A stretch of 64,000 nt of DNA. Origin: Botryllus schlosseri. Its lineage: Eukaryota. Positions 40,175-53,158 of the stretch are shown here, in pieces. The notes below the pieces were generated by a model. The model was not told the origin of the DNA, searched no databases, and saw nothing but the letters and a program-made list of their open reading frames with translations. Numbering within the stretch: position 1 is the stretch's first letter; each line of letters begins with the position of its first letter. A program made the translations under genes and the position numbers. The stretch spans positions 33,296,001 to 33,360,000 of the forward strand of contig CM119372.1 of assembly GCA_051294905.1 (NCBI GenBank), read 5' to 3'.

Positions 40175-42025
40175 GTTCATACCTTGATCTTCTAATTTCA
40201 ATTTCGGTAGTTGTGACATATCTCGTAAATCGATACTACCACTTGAAACTAAGTCGAAATTGACGGCGCTTCTTCTAACCGAGTACCAACGCTGACAACT
40301 TTGACAACCTCTGGTGTAGCCTACAACTTTACTCTCTAGGTCGACTGCGCCTTGGCAAGACTTAGTACTGTGGAAGGAATGTACTCCTTCACCTCAAATA
40401 TGAACCCACAGAAAGGATATATGTGCATGGCAGGAAGGGGTGATGTCAATACGCCATCAACAACGACGATGTCTGCAGGTGGCAACCCCTTTTTCAGATC
40501 CGGTAAACATGGCCCGGTTTGAATCATGACGGTCTCACTAATCGTTAATATCGTTTTTGTTCCAGAGAGCGTGTCTAATATGTCGTTGCGAGAATTATCG
40601 GAAATGAGTATTTCAAGTCTAGGTACTGACAACAGCGATGGCAAGTATGTCGTCATTCAATTTTTACCGTTGTAAATAGTATTCAGGAGGAACGCATCTA
40701 TTGATTTTTAAGAGGTGGTATTCATGTACAGGGAAAGTAGCAATTTACGATAATTTCCAACATTATTCCAAGTAGTAATAAATAGCGTATTGGGTCCTTC
40801 CACATCATCAACGCAAACGGGTTGTGAATTTGAGTCCGACCGTTTTCCGCTCCAGAATCCCTTCATAACGATTGGGCATGTCGAAACTTTGGTATCGGAT
40901 ATAATATATTTAATCATATTGCAAAGGAAACGAAATCCGGTAGATAAAGGATATATATTAATGATGTGATCATTTCTAGTGCGGTTGCGATTGTCCCAGA
41001 CACGTCAAGTCATTTTCGAATATTGGTTCGAATTGAGCCACCATTACATTGTCTCCTTAACGGAATTCCTCACCGCGTTCAATTCAAATATACTCTGTTG
41101 AAATATAAATTTATAAAATATACTAAGCACAGCAACTAGACTCATCCTTCTGTTCCAATATGCAATTAGGAAATATATTAACTATCTACTTGTGCCAGAC
41201 ACGCGGATCTGAATCGATGACCCGAAGCATTTATTTGACAGGGCTGCCTACCCGACTCGATTCGAATTTGTTGACGAAGAAAAGTTGATGACATCTCTAC
41301 TTTATCATGTGGATATCTACTGTCTTTTTTTAGTTTTTCGTTGTTATGCCATCGACCAGGTATTCGATAATATATGCATTGCATAATCGGGCATATTATC
41401 GGAACTATTTGACGCTCGTAATCTATAGCTCATTGGTAATTGCCCAATGCCAATGTATCATCTTTAGTCCTTCTTAATTTATCGGTTTAAACTTTGTAAC
41501 ACGGGGAAAACCCTAACGACCTCTCCGGCATACAAACACTCCGCCAATTACCACAGATGGGAAATCGATATTGCATGCAAAAGTTCAAATGTTGCTGTTA
41601 CCGTGTCGGATACCTCGATTGTGTTGCTTGTTTTAAGAGGCCGCATTCCTTTCGACTGTCCTTTGCCAGCTGGCTTGCGTACAAACCACACTACCTCTTT
41701 GACCTGTCGCAAGCGAACACGGCGCGGCAGAATATGGCGGAGCTGGATGTCGCGATACCGTACTGGCAACTTGTAAGTAATCTTTGTTTTTATTGTAAAC
41801 AGAAGTGGTCAAAGAGATCAGTAGTGCTACTTAAGTATAATTAGATGTATTGTCGTAAATTTTTACTCAATTACAAGTAGCAGTAGCTATATTCAAGACA
41901 TCCCAAAACTACTTCAAGCTTAAGCAGAAAAGTGAGGTTTGAAAACTACTCACTAAGTAAGTAGGCTACTCATTTAAAGTTTTCGAAAGTAGATTTGTTC
42001 AAGGCGTCGCATACATTTTGTACAG

Positions 42026-43093
42026 CAGGGGTCACCAACCCGGTGCCCGCGGGCACCAGGTCGCCCGCGAGGACTAGATGAGTAGCCCGCGAGCTCATTT
42101 TAAAAATAGGTGGAATAGCAGCATTTACCAATATTCGTCAGATTATTACCAGTGAGCTTCTAAATATATAAATTGATTGATTCAGCTAGCCTATTCTTGT
42201 TTAAAACACACTAACATGTAACTTACATATATAAACACTTGAAAATATCTTCTATTACAATTAGTAATATATAGATGTACTTGATAGAATCACCAGAAAT
42301 TCAAGATAAGGCGCATTGCGTATAAAGGCGACATGACGGAATGCCGTCCAAGGTCTTCTTGAAATGGTGGGGGGTTCCGTTACGATAGCTCGACGACCAG
42401 GACAATGCCAAAGTAGTAAACAATATTACTATTCGGAGTCAGATAGCCGTGAAGTACTAGCAGATTTTCAATATATGTATACCCATTACGTATTGCATCT
42501 TTTTGCACAGCTTGTTTCTGTAACACTCAACGCAGTTTAATATACCATGTTTCTAACTTTCTGTAATCGTTGCTGCTGTCCGGTATAATGCAATCTTGTC
42601 ATTTCTGGATGCTGAACAGTTGGAGATTGAAATTGTAACACTGCAAAATGACCCCCACCTCAGTCTGCAGCAAACGTTTGGTTCATTGTTGATACGGAAA
42701 AGTACAGTGGTCGAGTGGTGTATGCGCTGCAGCTATGAAGATTGCAATCGTCTATGGTTCAACTTATCGTTGTGAATCAGCCTTTTCGGACATGAACTTC
42801 ATCAAAAGCAAACACAAAACACGCTCAATCAATGCACATCTGAAACAATCACTCAGAATTGCAGTGTCAAGTTACATACCAGAGTACAGCGCACTAGTTG
42901 ATATCATACAATGCTAGGCATCCCACTGACTGCTATGGAAACAGATAACATGATGTCCAGTCCTGCCAGGTGCTATGAATATCAAAGCGGAAATTCAGTG
43001 TGGTGCGGGTAAACGGCGGGAGTAAATAGTAGCCCGCCGCTTCAATCATTACGCAAAAGTAGCCCTCGGTTGCAAAAAGGTTGGTGACCCCTG
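42026..43093 (+). mobile_element. Buster-type hAT deletion derivative
   Basis: TIR CAGGGGTCACCAACC / GGTTGGTGACCCCTG; perfect TSD TTGTACAG. Confidence 0.95.
42601..42917 (+). pseudogene. hAT (Buster/GTF2IRD2-like) transposase C-terminal remnant
   Basis: YGSTYRCESAFSDMNFIKSKHKTRSINAHL matches the hAT C-terminal dimerisation motif; upstream LEIEIVTLQND is frameshifted. Confidence 0.9.
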
Positions 43094-43529
43094 TTGTACA
43101 GTATATCAGAAATGGGCGACTTTCGAAATTGCAAAATGCATCTTTGCGACAACGAAAATGTGACCGATGACTCTAGTAATACGGCAATATTCCAATCATA
43201 TTCTGCCACCATGAGGAAAGGAGTATTTTGCCCAGTTAATGTGATAATTTTACTCGGAAATTGATACAGACCAATTCCAAAACCACTTTCAAATTTACAG
43301 AAGTCACAACGGTATTAATAAATGCTTTTACGTCAACAACTGTTGAGTAAAAGTGAAATTATAGTGTAAAACCTATTCATAACATAACCACTTGAGTTCG
43401 TACTGCAATTAGGCAAAGCCTAAGGCATAAGCTGATTAAGTAATTCGTTACTGACCACCTCTGATATAATAAAGCGTGGTACAACGATATCCAGTATAGC
43501 TACATGACATTGAAGTTCTCTAAACTTGC

Positions 43530-43576
<47 letters not shown>

Positions 43577-44140
43577 CTCTATGTCTCATGAAAAACCATG
43601 ATCATTCTAGTTCAAATCCGGAGTTGATCATCAGAATCATTTTCAAATCGAAATCGATTTTGCATTGCTATTTTCAGCGCTTCCACGAAGGAGTAAAGGG
43701 GGAGATATCCATGGACCCGACCTTTCATCGCGTGGCAGGGTGCCCGATTTTCGGCATTGCTCAAACGACGGGGAAGGTAGTTATTACGCTCAAACACGGA
43801 AGTTCAACATGGCAGGGCAGGGGTGGAGGACGTTATCTATTTTTGTCCTTCTTGTTTTGCGGCATATACACAGACTCATGATACACATACAAATGATCTG
43901 TGCATATGCATACCATGAGTTCATGAAGTGCATATGTCGCTGGACATGGGAAGGTGCAGAAATAACCTTGTAAGGCTTTCGAAATCCTGCTCCACCTCTC
44001 CGTGCTGTCCCGGTAATATTGAGCGTCAAGCAGGGAAATCATGGATACTAGAGTTACTAAACAGGTATTTCGTCTGACCCGGCAGGGGATTGAACCCTCG
44101 ACCTACCGATCAAGAAACCGGGCGCTCCACCATTACGTTA
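43530..44140 (-). mobile_element. tRNA-derived SINE (family 2) ending in (GA)n
   Basis: Minus-strand head taatggtggagcgcc...GGTTCAATCC at ~44079-44137; (CT)n at 43534-43571 on the plus strand is the likely tail. Confidence 0.6.
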
Positions 44141-44344
44141 TCTTGTCGATACTTCAAGTTTTGCCGAGTACTTTCGTAGGTTTGCCTGATTTCACTACTT
44201 TCTCAGATGACTATGTTTGCAGACTACTTCCAGTTTTACTTCACTCTTTTTGTCGGAAAGCTACTTAGTTTTGGTAATTTAGAGTTGGTTTCATAAAAAG
44301 TAGGGTCCTGGAATAGGTAACTAGATAGATAAATTCATTTAAAC

Positions 44345-44942
44345 CAGTGATTCCCAAACTGTGCGGCACATTCGTGCGCCGCCACAGATTCTCAGGTGTG
44401 CCACGAATATTTTTGGAAAAGATCAGTTGAAATATATTCATACGGGCCTGAAGCACATGCGATCCAAAGGTGCGCTAACTTCTTCAACAGCTGACAAATA
44501 GGCAGACGTGACAATGAAATCAAATACTGCATCGTAATAAATCAAACAATCTTTCAGCAGAAGAACAGCTAATTGATTCACGAAAACGCCTATTAAAAAA
44601 AAGCTGTTTCTACAAATTAAATGAAGAAGTTTTGGTTGTCTGCTTCTAAATCCTATACCATGATCGGTGCAAAGACAATCAAAATTATGTTAACATGTGC
44701 ATCCTATTGGCTATGTGATCATGGGCCGTTATTTATTGACTGAGATCAAAAGCTGTAACGGAGAGACACTGCTTGGAAGTGACGCATACAAATGCGAGTA
44801 TGTTTGTCAACAATGAAACCGCGTTTCTGTTCTGTGCATTATGTTCATATATTCAATCACATCCATATTTTGCCGCTTTTATCGCGAAAGTTTTATAATT
44901 TCTGAAGTGCGCCACAAGCTGTAAAAGTTTGGGAATCAACTG
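44345..44942 (+). mobile_element. Buster-type hAT derivative with a decayed transposase C-terminus
   Basis: TIR CAGTGATTCCCAAACT / AGTTTGGGAATCAACTG; frameshifted EEQLID...FWLSASKSY...ASYWLCDHG...LTEIKS...MRVCLSTMKPRF at ~44550-44830. Confidence 0.85.
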
Positions 44943-45752
44943 CTTTAACCAGTGAAATTATCTTAACAACAGGGCGAAATTACCACTTGATCTCTCGACC
45001 CTGAATATATCTTCGAAAATATCATCTTATTAAAGTGTTGTCGTTTTACGTTAGTCGCCAAGATGCACCTGAAAAGTTCGAAAGTAGTCTATCTCTGATT
45101 TATGGAAAGACGTATGTGACGCCTCGATAAAACACACGCTCTAAAACTATTTACCCCTGACGAGTGTCAGCTGAAACTGTTTTTTTTTTAATGAGAATAT
45201 ATTATTCCATCGTATACTGAAGTTCTGCACCTCCAAGACTCATTTTGAACTACTTACTACCTGAGTATACATTCATAATTTGCATCTTCAATTCAGTGCT
45301 TCTCAACCGGTGAGTTGCGAACCACTAGTGGGTCGCGAAGCTAGTTCAGGTGGGTCGCGAAGACGTTTTAAATGTCACACTTTCGTATTCAATTTTCCAA
45401 ATATTCCAAACACTTTATATTCTCAAGCTTAGAGCAGAGTAAATGCACATTCTACTCCTACAAATTATATTCATATGCGCCCATAACCGCCACAAGCCTC
45501 GTTGCCGTGCTCACTATAATTCATGAGCCAGATTTTCGTCACAGTCCTATTGATTGGACCGTGCAATCCGACAGTGCGTTATTGTGCAAGGGCGAGATTG
45601 AAATTCATTCTTTCCTCCAAAGTCTTTGCGAACGTTGATCGGGAAATGCAGCAATCCAGCCCGATTTTTCGTTATAATCAGAAGACAATTGTGACATCGC
45701 AAGCTCCCCATAACCCCTTGGTGTTTGACGTAATAGATGAATTGGTGATTAG

Positions 45753-46259
45753 TAGGGCAAGTTTTTGCAAAAACTTTTGCAACTTTTTTTTACAGCTTCC
45801 GGCAGCTTCCTAAATACTCGTAAGATATGTAGAATGCTGTTTTAAGCTGTTTGAAGGAATCTCATACTGCAACTTATTGCAACTTTTGTCCATTTTTTTT
45901 CATGCAACTTTTTGCAACATTTTGCAACTTTTTCGATTTTTTATGAAAGTATTTTTGATTTTGGTAAAATACACGGTCAAATTCGACTGAAATACTGCAA
46001 ATCAGCACTGAAGCAACGCTCATACGGGTATTTCGGGAGCTGGGCCGGAAAGTTGACTTTTTTTTTTTACTCAAACCGGGAAGTTGACCTTTTTTTTTCA
46101 GTCAAACTGGGAAGTTGACCTTTTTTTTAGTCAACCGAGAGCAAAATGTGGTCTTTTAGTGCAAATTTTGTGAGAAAATAAATGCAACTTTTTACTGCAA
46201 CTTTTGTCAAAAATAAATGCAACTTTACATGGATTTAACTGCAACAAAAACTTGCGCTA
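45753..46259. mobile_element. Nested hAT MITE with TGCAAC repeats
   Basis: TIR TAGGGCAAGTTTTTG / CAAAAACTTGCGCTA; perfect TSD GTGATTAG. Confidence 0.92.
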
Positions 46260-46282
46260 GTGATTAGATACGCGCTTTATCG

Positions 46283-46410
46283 TCTGTTGTTTGTGGTATT
46301 CATGTTGTTTTCTACTACAATGGTCATTTGCACCAGGCCGATATTCTCTATGATGATTGCACATTTGCCGACTTGGAGCACGGTCCACTTCCAGACTTTT
46401 TCAAAACACC
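46283..46410 (-). mobile_element. 3' fragment of SINE family 1
   Basis: ggtcatttgcaccaggccgatattc is shared with the 50740 and 32831 copies. Confidence 0.7.
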
Positions 46411-47072
46411 GGATCGAAACCTTCGTCCGAATATTCCATTGACTGATAGGCGCCTGAATGGTTGTCTCCAAATATCGCTGTCGCTAAAAATTCATAGTAG
46501 TACATGCAATTGCCAATTTCTATGACCGAATGTTATCATGAATTCGGGCAAAATATTCACGCTAGGCGCGACCAGATGACTGTAACGCACTGCAAACATA
46601 AAAGCCGGCGCCCACGAGCAGTGGTTTTAACGTTAGTCGCGAAAGGGCGTCTGGTGGGTGGCGCAATGAAATTTGGATGAAAAGTGGGTCGCGAACTGAA
46701 AAAGGGTGGAGAAGCACTGCTAATTCATCTTGAAGTAGTTGAGAAATTTTTTGTAAGTCGTTTCTTCTACTCGTAACTAATTATAAGGTAGCGGCATCAC
46801 TTCCAATTCTACGTGAGTAGTTGTGCTAGCTACACTTTTCCCTCCTCTGATGGGGGAATTTGCGGTTTCATTCAAAACAATAGCGATTCAAATTGGAAGA
46901 GCTCAATAGCAATGGCTGATTCGACTCGTAATACATGATTCGATGCGGGTCGATTAATAACTTGTTAAATCCCAATTGGCAAGACCCGATTCGATTTCGA
47001 ATCAGTAACATCTCTACTATAATATATACTCGGAGTGCATGTGTCCCTAAACCGATTTTACTAACCTGAAGG

Positions 47073-47978
47073 CAGTGTTGGGATGACTCGAGTCATGACT
47101 TGACTCGAGTCGGACTCGAGTCACCTTTTTCGCATGACTTGACTTGACTCGAGGCACTTTGTTAAAATGACTTGACTTGACTTGACTCGGCGTATCAGAA
47201 ATGTGGATTGACTCGTGACTCGGAGCAAAATTCACGAGTCAATTTCAAGTCATCAAGAAATCGGTTTCGATAAAAACACTGTATCTTGCATATGTTGGGA
47301 TTGTTCGCGAAACGCTGGTGTAACCCGTGAGGGCGACCAATCATTCAATTACCGTGCGTTTCACTGAGCCTCGATAGTTCTCTCACAAATAAATTGACCT
47401 AGTAGTAAAGTAATAGAATAGCAAAATGTCTATTTCTGTTCTCTGTTCTTACCTTAACCAAATCTCTTGTTTTATTGAAATTAAAGTCGAATGTAGTTTA
47501 TATTGTCCTCGACCATTGGCGCAGGCTCGAATGGTATCATATCTATTTGTATATGGGTAATATATTGCATCTTATCAGTTCGTTTCTCTATTCTCTATTT
47601 TGGCTGGTAACTATAAACTGAGGCTATGCAACTACGTCGTTTAACAGTTCTACGTATAGCCTATATGTGAGCGATACAGCGCCTTCTTGCGTGTATATTT
47701 AACTCTATATTCGATCATCGGTTCGGAATCAATGACCACTCAAACTGTATTTCAGACAGCTAGCAAATTGCAATGACGTAATTATGCCTCATATACGTAG
47801 CCTACTTCGAGAAGGCAACTTGACTTGAAATATGACTTGACTCGTGACTTGACTTGACTTGACTCGACTTGACTCGAGTCACCTCCAAAAATCGAGTGAC
47901 TTGATTTGACTCGAGTCAAAATGTGCAATGACTCGAAAGGACTCGTGACTCGAAGGTAGTGACTTGATCCCAACACTG
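47073..47978. mobile_element. hAT MITE, GACTT/GACTC family (intact)
   Basis: TIR CAGTGTTGGGAT; perfect TSD CCTGAAGG. Confidence 0.95.
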
Positions 47979-48098
47979 CCTGAAGGTGCGACCAATTATA
48001 AAACTGTAAAATTTAAATAATTTACAGAGTTGGTCAGATTAATCATTGGTGACACATATGACACTAAAGCACTAATTATGCCGTATATGTGTCCTCAG

Positions 48099-49035
48099 CA
48101 GTGTTGGGATCAAGTCACTACCTTCGAGTCACGAGTCATTTCGAGTCATTGCACATTTTGACTCGAGTCAAGTCAAGTCAATCGATTTTCGAAGGTGACT
48201 CGAGTCACGTCAAGTCACTCGATTTTTGGAGGTGACTCGAGTCAAGTCGAGTCGATTCAAGTCAAGTCAAGTCAAGTCAAGTCAAGTCACGAGTCGAGTC
48301 ACAATTCCAGTCAAGTTGCCTTTTCGAAGTATGAGACATATCTACGTCATTGCATTTTGCTGGCTGTCTGAAATACAGATTGAGTGGTCATTGATTCTGA
48401 ACCAATGAACGAATATAGACTTAAATATACATGCAAGAAGGCGCTGTTTCGCTCACATATAGCCCCAGCCTAGCCATAGCCTCCGTTTATAGTTACCAGC
48501 CAAAATAGAGAATAGAGACTCAAATTGCTTAGATGCAATACATTACCCATTTACAAATTGATATGATACAATTCGAGCCTGCGCCAAATATTTGGGAATA
48601 TATAAACTAACTATATTCGAATTAAATTTCAATAAAACAAGAGGTTTGGTTAAGGTATAAGAACAGAGAACATAAATAGAACTATATTATACTAGTGTAC
48701 GATAACGTAAGCTGAAAGCTTCGATCACTTCGTTTGCGGTCAATTTATTTGTGAGAGAAGAATGGAAGCTCAGTAAAACGCGCGATCATTGCATGATTGG
48801 TCGCTCTCTCGGGTTACACCAGCGTTTCGCGAACCATCCGACCATATGCAAGATAGTGATTTTTATCGACACCGATTACTTGATGACTTGAAATTGACTC
48901 GTGAATTTTGCTCCGAGTCACGAGTCAATCCACATTTCTGATACGCCGAGTCAAGTCAAGTCAAGTCATTTTAGCAATGTGACTCGAGTCAAGTCAAGTC
49001 ATACGAAAAAGGTGACTTGAGTCATCCCAACACTG
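48099..49035. mobile_element. hAT MITE, GACTT/GACTC family (inverted copy)
   Basis: TIR CAGTGTTGGGAT; perfect TSD GTCCTCAG. Confidence 0.95.
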
Positions 49036-49263
49036 GTCCTCAGACATCAAAATAATCGATCTAAAAGGGGAAAATTTTATATCTGGAGATACTCAAAAAA
49101 TTAGATTGGAATAATGTCCCGCAGACGTTGTTCCTCAATCTCTAGGGATAGCTGCAAAATTACAAAATTTATCTTCGTCACTAACTTACAATGACTGAAC
49201 GCGCCACAGATATGTCCAATTCACGGAATTTTATCATGATACAGTGATACAGAACTTACAAGG

Positions 49264-49854
49264 CAGGGTTGTAATGACTCGAGTCACGAATTTATGGTGA
49301 CTCGACTTGACTCGAGTCATTTTTTCAAATGCGTGAATTGTCTCGACTCGAGTCATTTTTTCAAATGCGTAAAATGTCTCGACTCGACTCGAGTCAATTT
49401 GTGTATTGACCCGACTTGTACTCGAGTCATTATCCATGACTCGAGACTATAGGACGGCCAAGACAGACATTTATTTGATTGTATCTTTGAAAAATAGTAA
49501 AGTCACCACATTATTGGTATTTCGTCTATCAGTCTTGATACTTGAAAAATGGGCCCAGAAACCGTTAGGACTGAGGAAATTACGATATTATGAATGCGAG
49601 CACTTCCATATCGCTAGATCATAGTTGGAAAAAGTAGGTTGAACCAGATTGAACTCAAACTGAACATTGAATATAATGACTTGGATTCTGACTTGAGTCA
49701 CAACAGCATGACTCGAACTTCACCCCTCACTCACTGACTTGGACTCGGCCTTGACTCGGTAGTGGATTGAAAATGACTCGACTTGACTCGAGTCAAAACT
49801 ATAAAAGTGAGATCGACTTGCGACTCGGAACCTTTTGACTTGGTTGCAACCATG
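49264..49854. mobile_element. Related hAT MITE with GACTC repeats and different TIRs
   Basis: CAGGGTTGTAA / TTGCAACCATG; perfect TSD TTACAAGG. Confidence 0.88.
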
Positions 49855-50739
49855 TTACAAGGTACTGTTGTTATATAATGAAACCCGAGACGAATCAATC
49901 CAATCACAACGTACTGCTTATCAAGATCTAACATTCAGAAGTATGCAACACGATTTACGTGCTGGTGTAGTAGTAGAAGAGGAAGTATCTTAAAAACCTA
50001 TTTATCAAGTATGTTGTACGAGTGTTTAAAACCTACTTTAGTACGCTGAGAAAGTAGAAATATCTCGTTACTGACCGGCTCTGGCTGTAGATTTTCCGAA
50101 ATGAATGTTCCCGTTTAAATTGGCACGGACTTGTGTGCCTATGAAATGTGCATTTGGGTAACCTACAGTATCCACAATATCTTCCAGCGATTTCGAAAAA
50201 TTGTTAAGAAACTGTGCGGCGCCCAAACGCGCAAGAAATACAAGCATCTGTACTTCATCAACGTCCGTGACGACTCCGTGTTTTACCACTATCCTCGCCC
50301 TGCAGATCAAGACATACCGGATCGGTCTGCCGCAAATGGGTAGACTTGTAAGTTTCGCCTGTCTGCGGTTTTTGTAATTTTGTCGCCTGTCTACAGCCGG
50401 GACACTGCCTCTCTGGAAAAGGAAACACTTTGGGAATTCGCACTCATCTCGTTACCATGTATGTTCGGAGCTCGCACCGGCCTAGTAAACGTTCGTATAC
50501 CATATATTGTATACCATGCATGTGTCTATGTCATTATTAGACCAATAAGAGCGTAATGCTGGTAATCTAATTCTAATCATATTAGTGAAATGTTTCTCTC
50601 GTCTTAATTCTCTCTAATTTCTGGTTTTCTCGAAAATGCTACAGGACCGCTGTTTAGTGCGTAACGAGCCAATATTGGTGTACATGCATTTTCCATCGCA
50701 TGCTTATGAGAATAAGCTCAGGATTAATACGATCTGGAC

Positions 50740-51007
50740 TTGTTTGTTTGTAGTATTCATGGAGTTTGTCGACTACCGTGGTCATGTACACCAGGCCGAT
50801 ATTCAGCATCTTTATTCCGTAGCACTTGTAGCACGGCCCACTTCTACGTATTTTTAGACACCACTCACGCAGATGAGATGACGAGGAGGATCCTAGATAA
50901 ACCTCCAACACTTGGGTAGGAATTCTGAAGTCGACCGCGTTCGGAGTTGAACCCACAACCCATTGGTGCTGTAGCTGTCGATTATACCACTTCGCTATCT
51001 CGCCACC
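50740..51007 (-). mobile_element. Full-length tRNA-SINE family 1
   Basis: A-box TAGCGAAGTGG and B-box GGTTCAACTCC on the minus strand; (AAAC)n tail. Confidence 0.85.
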
Positions 51008-53158
51008 ACTGGGCGATTGCTAATCGTCTCAATAAAACTGTTGACCGTAGCTCATAAAGTTGGACAAGTTTCGCACGAGCATTTTTCCGAGTCGTCCGGC
51101 GCCACGATTGGACGGTTCTAATCATACGATTAGCATTCTCCCGGTCTCTCATAAAAAAACGGCCATCGAAATATAAAATTCAAATGATGATGATAGTACC
51201 GATGCAAAATTCTTAAATCCCACCTTCATTCGAATCGCGCAACTACGCCATCGGCAGTTCAAGTCATTATACTCTTTCATCTGGAATTGCTATTGCGGAA
51301 GTCGCCGGCTTATTCATAATTAATGAAGCCGTCATACTACGGACGTTGTAGTTACAGCAAAGTCGACGGTATGAATTCGACTATTTTCAGGATTATATTT
51401 ATACAAGTGAACAGTGTATGACCGGTTATGTTTGGAATCAGTATACGCGAGGTTAAATAGCGGTTCCAGCCAGATTTACAATGAATTGTTATCTCGAAAG
51501 TGATGGTGCCGAGATCTTGATCAAGTGCGAATTTATCCTTCCTTGAAATCCGAGAGCTGTATTTCGACATTATTTTTGTTTATTAACATTTGTTATTTTG
51601 TATACGCAGAAAATTGAAGAAAGACTGGCGACGGTGTTTACTCATCACCCAGACTCGTTATCGCTTGTGGATCGCGTACAGACTGTCCCGGTATGTCGCG
51701 GTAAGAATTCAGATGAGTCTATATCAGACGAGTTAAGACGAGTGTGAAATTGAATTTGGACGGGACGTGTTAGACTTCACATTTTCGCAAAACCGAATTT
51801 GATCGTCGACAGAAAATAGGAAATTTCTGATACGTTCAATAGGAGCTTAGTCGAATTTCAGATACATCCGGATTTGCACTTGGAACTGATGAAAAGCCAA
51901 TTTAGTATTTGGATTCAAAAATGCAAACCTGCGATCTAGCTGCATACAGTACGAGACTTCCGTGTCTTCATATTATCCTACAATTGGTGGTAGACCTGAC
52001 TCACGTCATAGCTGTTACTCCTGTTAGCATTAACCGAATGCAAAACAGCAATTGGTGAGGATTAGTAGGAATACAGTAGCTTTGTGTCATCTCTATTCGA
52101 AAATATCATCAAGACATAAAAAGTTCAGTAAAGCAATTTTTTACAGAGAAAGCATGGATTTCGATTTGCATAAAATGGATTTGAAGATTTTTCCGCATTT
52201 GGATCGGACATGGACTCACTATTAATTATCAATAATTTAAAATAATTAATTTTAGGCCTCATTTGAACTTAGACTTGAACGTGAATTTTGTAATTACTTC
52301 AAATTTTCATGCGACTTTTGAAACAAAATTCAGTATTTACTGGAGGTGATATGAAATCTAATAAAATAAAATCAATTATGTAACAGGTTTCTCAAGTAGA
52401 AATATTAAACCTGTTTATCTCTTATGCATAATACCTAAATAGAAATTACGATAGGACTGGAATCTTTAAGCACACTTTGACAAGTGCCTTTTCGTGTGAA
52501 TTATTCAAGCTCCAATTTAGTAGTATAGGAGGGTTTCGTAAACGAGTTCGTTAGCCCCTTACTGCAGGGGCGTGCGACATGCGGCTAGCGAAGAAGTAAC
52601 AATTTAGAATGGTGAGCGGATCGCGGAATTGGTTAATTCTATCACTAGAAATTTCGAGTGGGCTGACCAAAATAACTCTCAAACGACTAAAATATGAAGA
52701 TGCTAATTTTGAACTTGAATGTTTTGACGAAAATTATTCAATAACCTGAAATCTTTGCGCGTTACTACTAAAAGCATGTGTGCGACCCGCGGTTTCAGGA
52801 CCCACTTCTCAGAGCGGCTGCACATTAACACAACCCTGCCTAACAGTATCCATTTGTCTAATTACTAGTAAGTACCTGTTACGTGGATATCGCTAAATAG
52901 TCAATGAACATAGTTGACGTCAACAAATTTCTACTTTCTGCCTCTAGAAATTGTGACAAATCTCGGGAATCAGACGAATCATGGTTCTCAAAAATGAAAA
53001 AATATCAACCTGTATGGTATATTTAAGCTTACCGACTTGCGTTTGGATGAATGACCAGTACAAAAATATTTGCAATAAAAAAGGCGATGAGACTTGTTAA
53101 ATCGCCCCACAGTCAACACAGCACCTGGACACTCGGCTAGTGATTTTTACGTCTAGAG

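Larger units (their letters stand above)
45294..46719. mobile_element. hAT element with GGGTCGCG repeats, hosting nested inserts
   Basis: TIR CAGTGCTTCTCAACC / GGTGGAGAAGCACTG; TSD degenerate. Confidence 0.8.
36843..51570 (-). pseudogene. CatSper-gamma-like pseudogene B (multi-exon)
   Basis: Ordered motifs versus remembered CATSPERG: 51352..51570 GTITFEITIH...NITG (GSVVMRVDIS...NING); ~50089-50112 GNIHFGKS (GYVHFGTI); ~41503-41556 LW*LAECLYAGEVVRVFP (VWYLLEGSYRVYQLFP); long frame 41093-40183; 37622-37654 SL*LAEND*CY (IEWLCLENAPCY); ~37000-36843 FCIRVDATMLS plus a hydrophobic tail. Confidence 0.7.

Noticed and set aside
44079..44137. tRNA gene
   Set aside because: A/B boxes are present, but no acceptor stem or terminator is evident and it continues into a SINE-like body.
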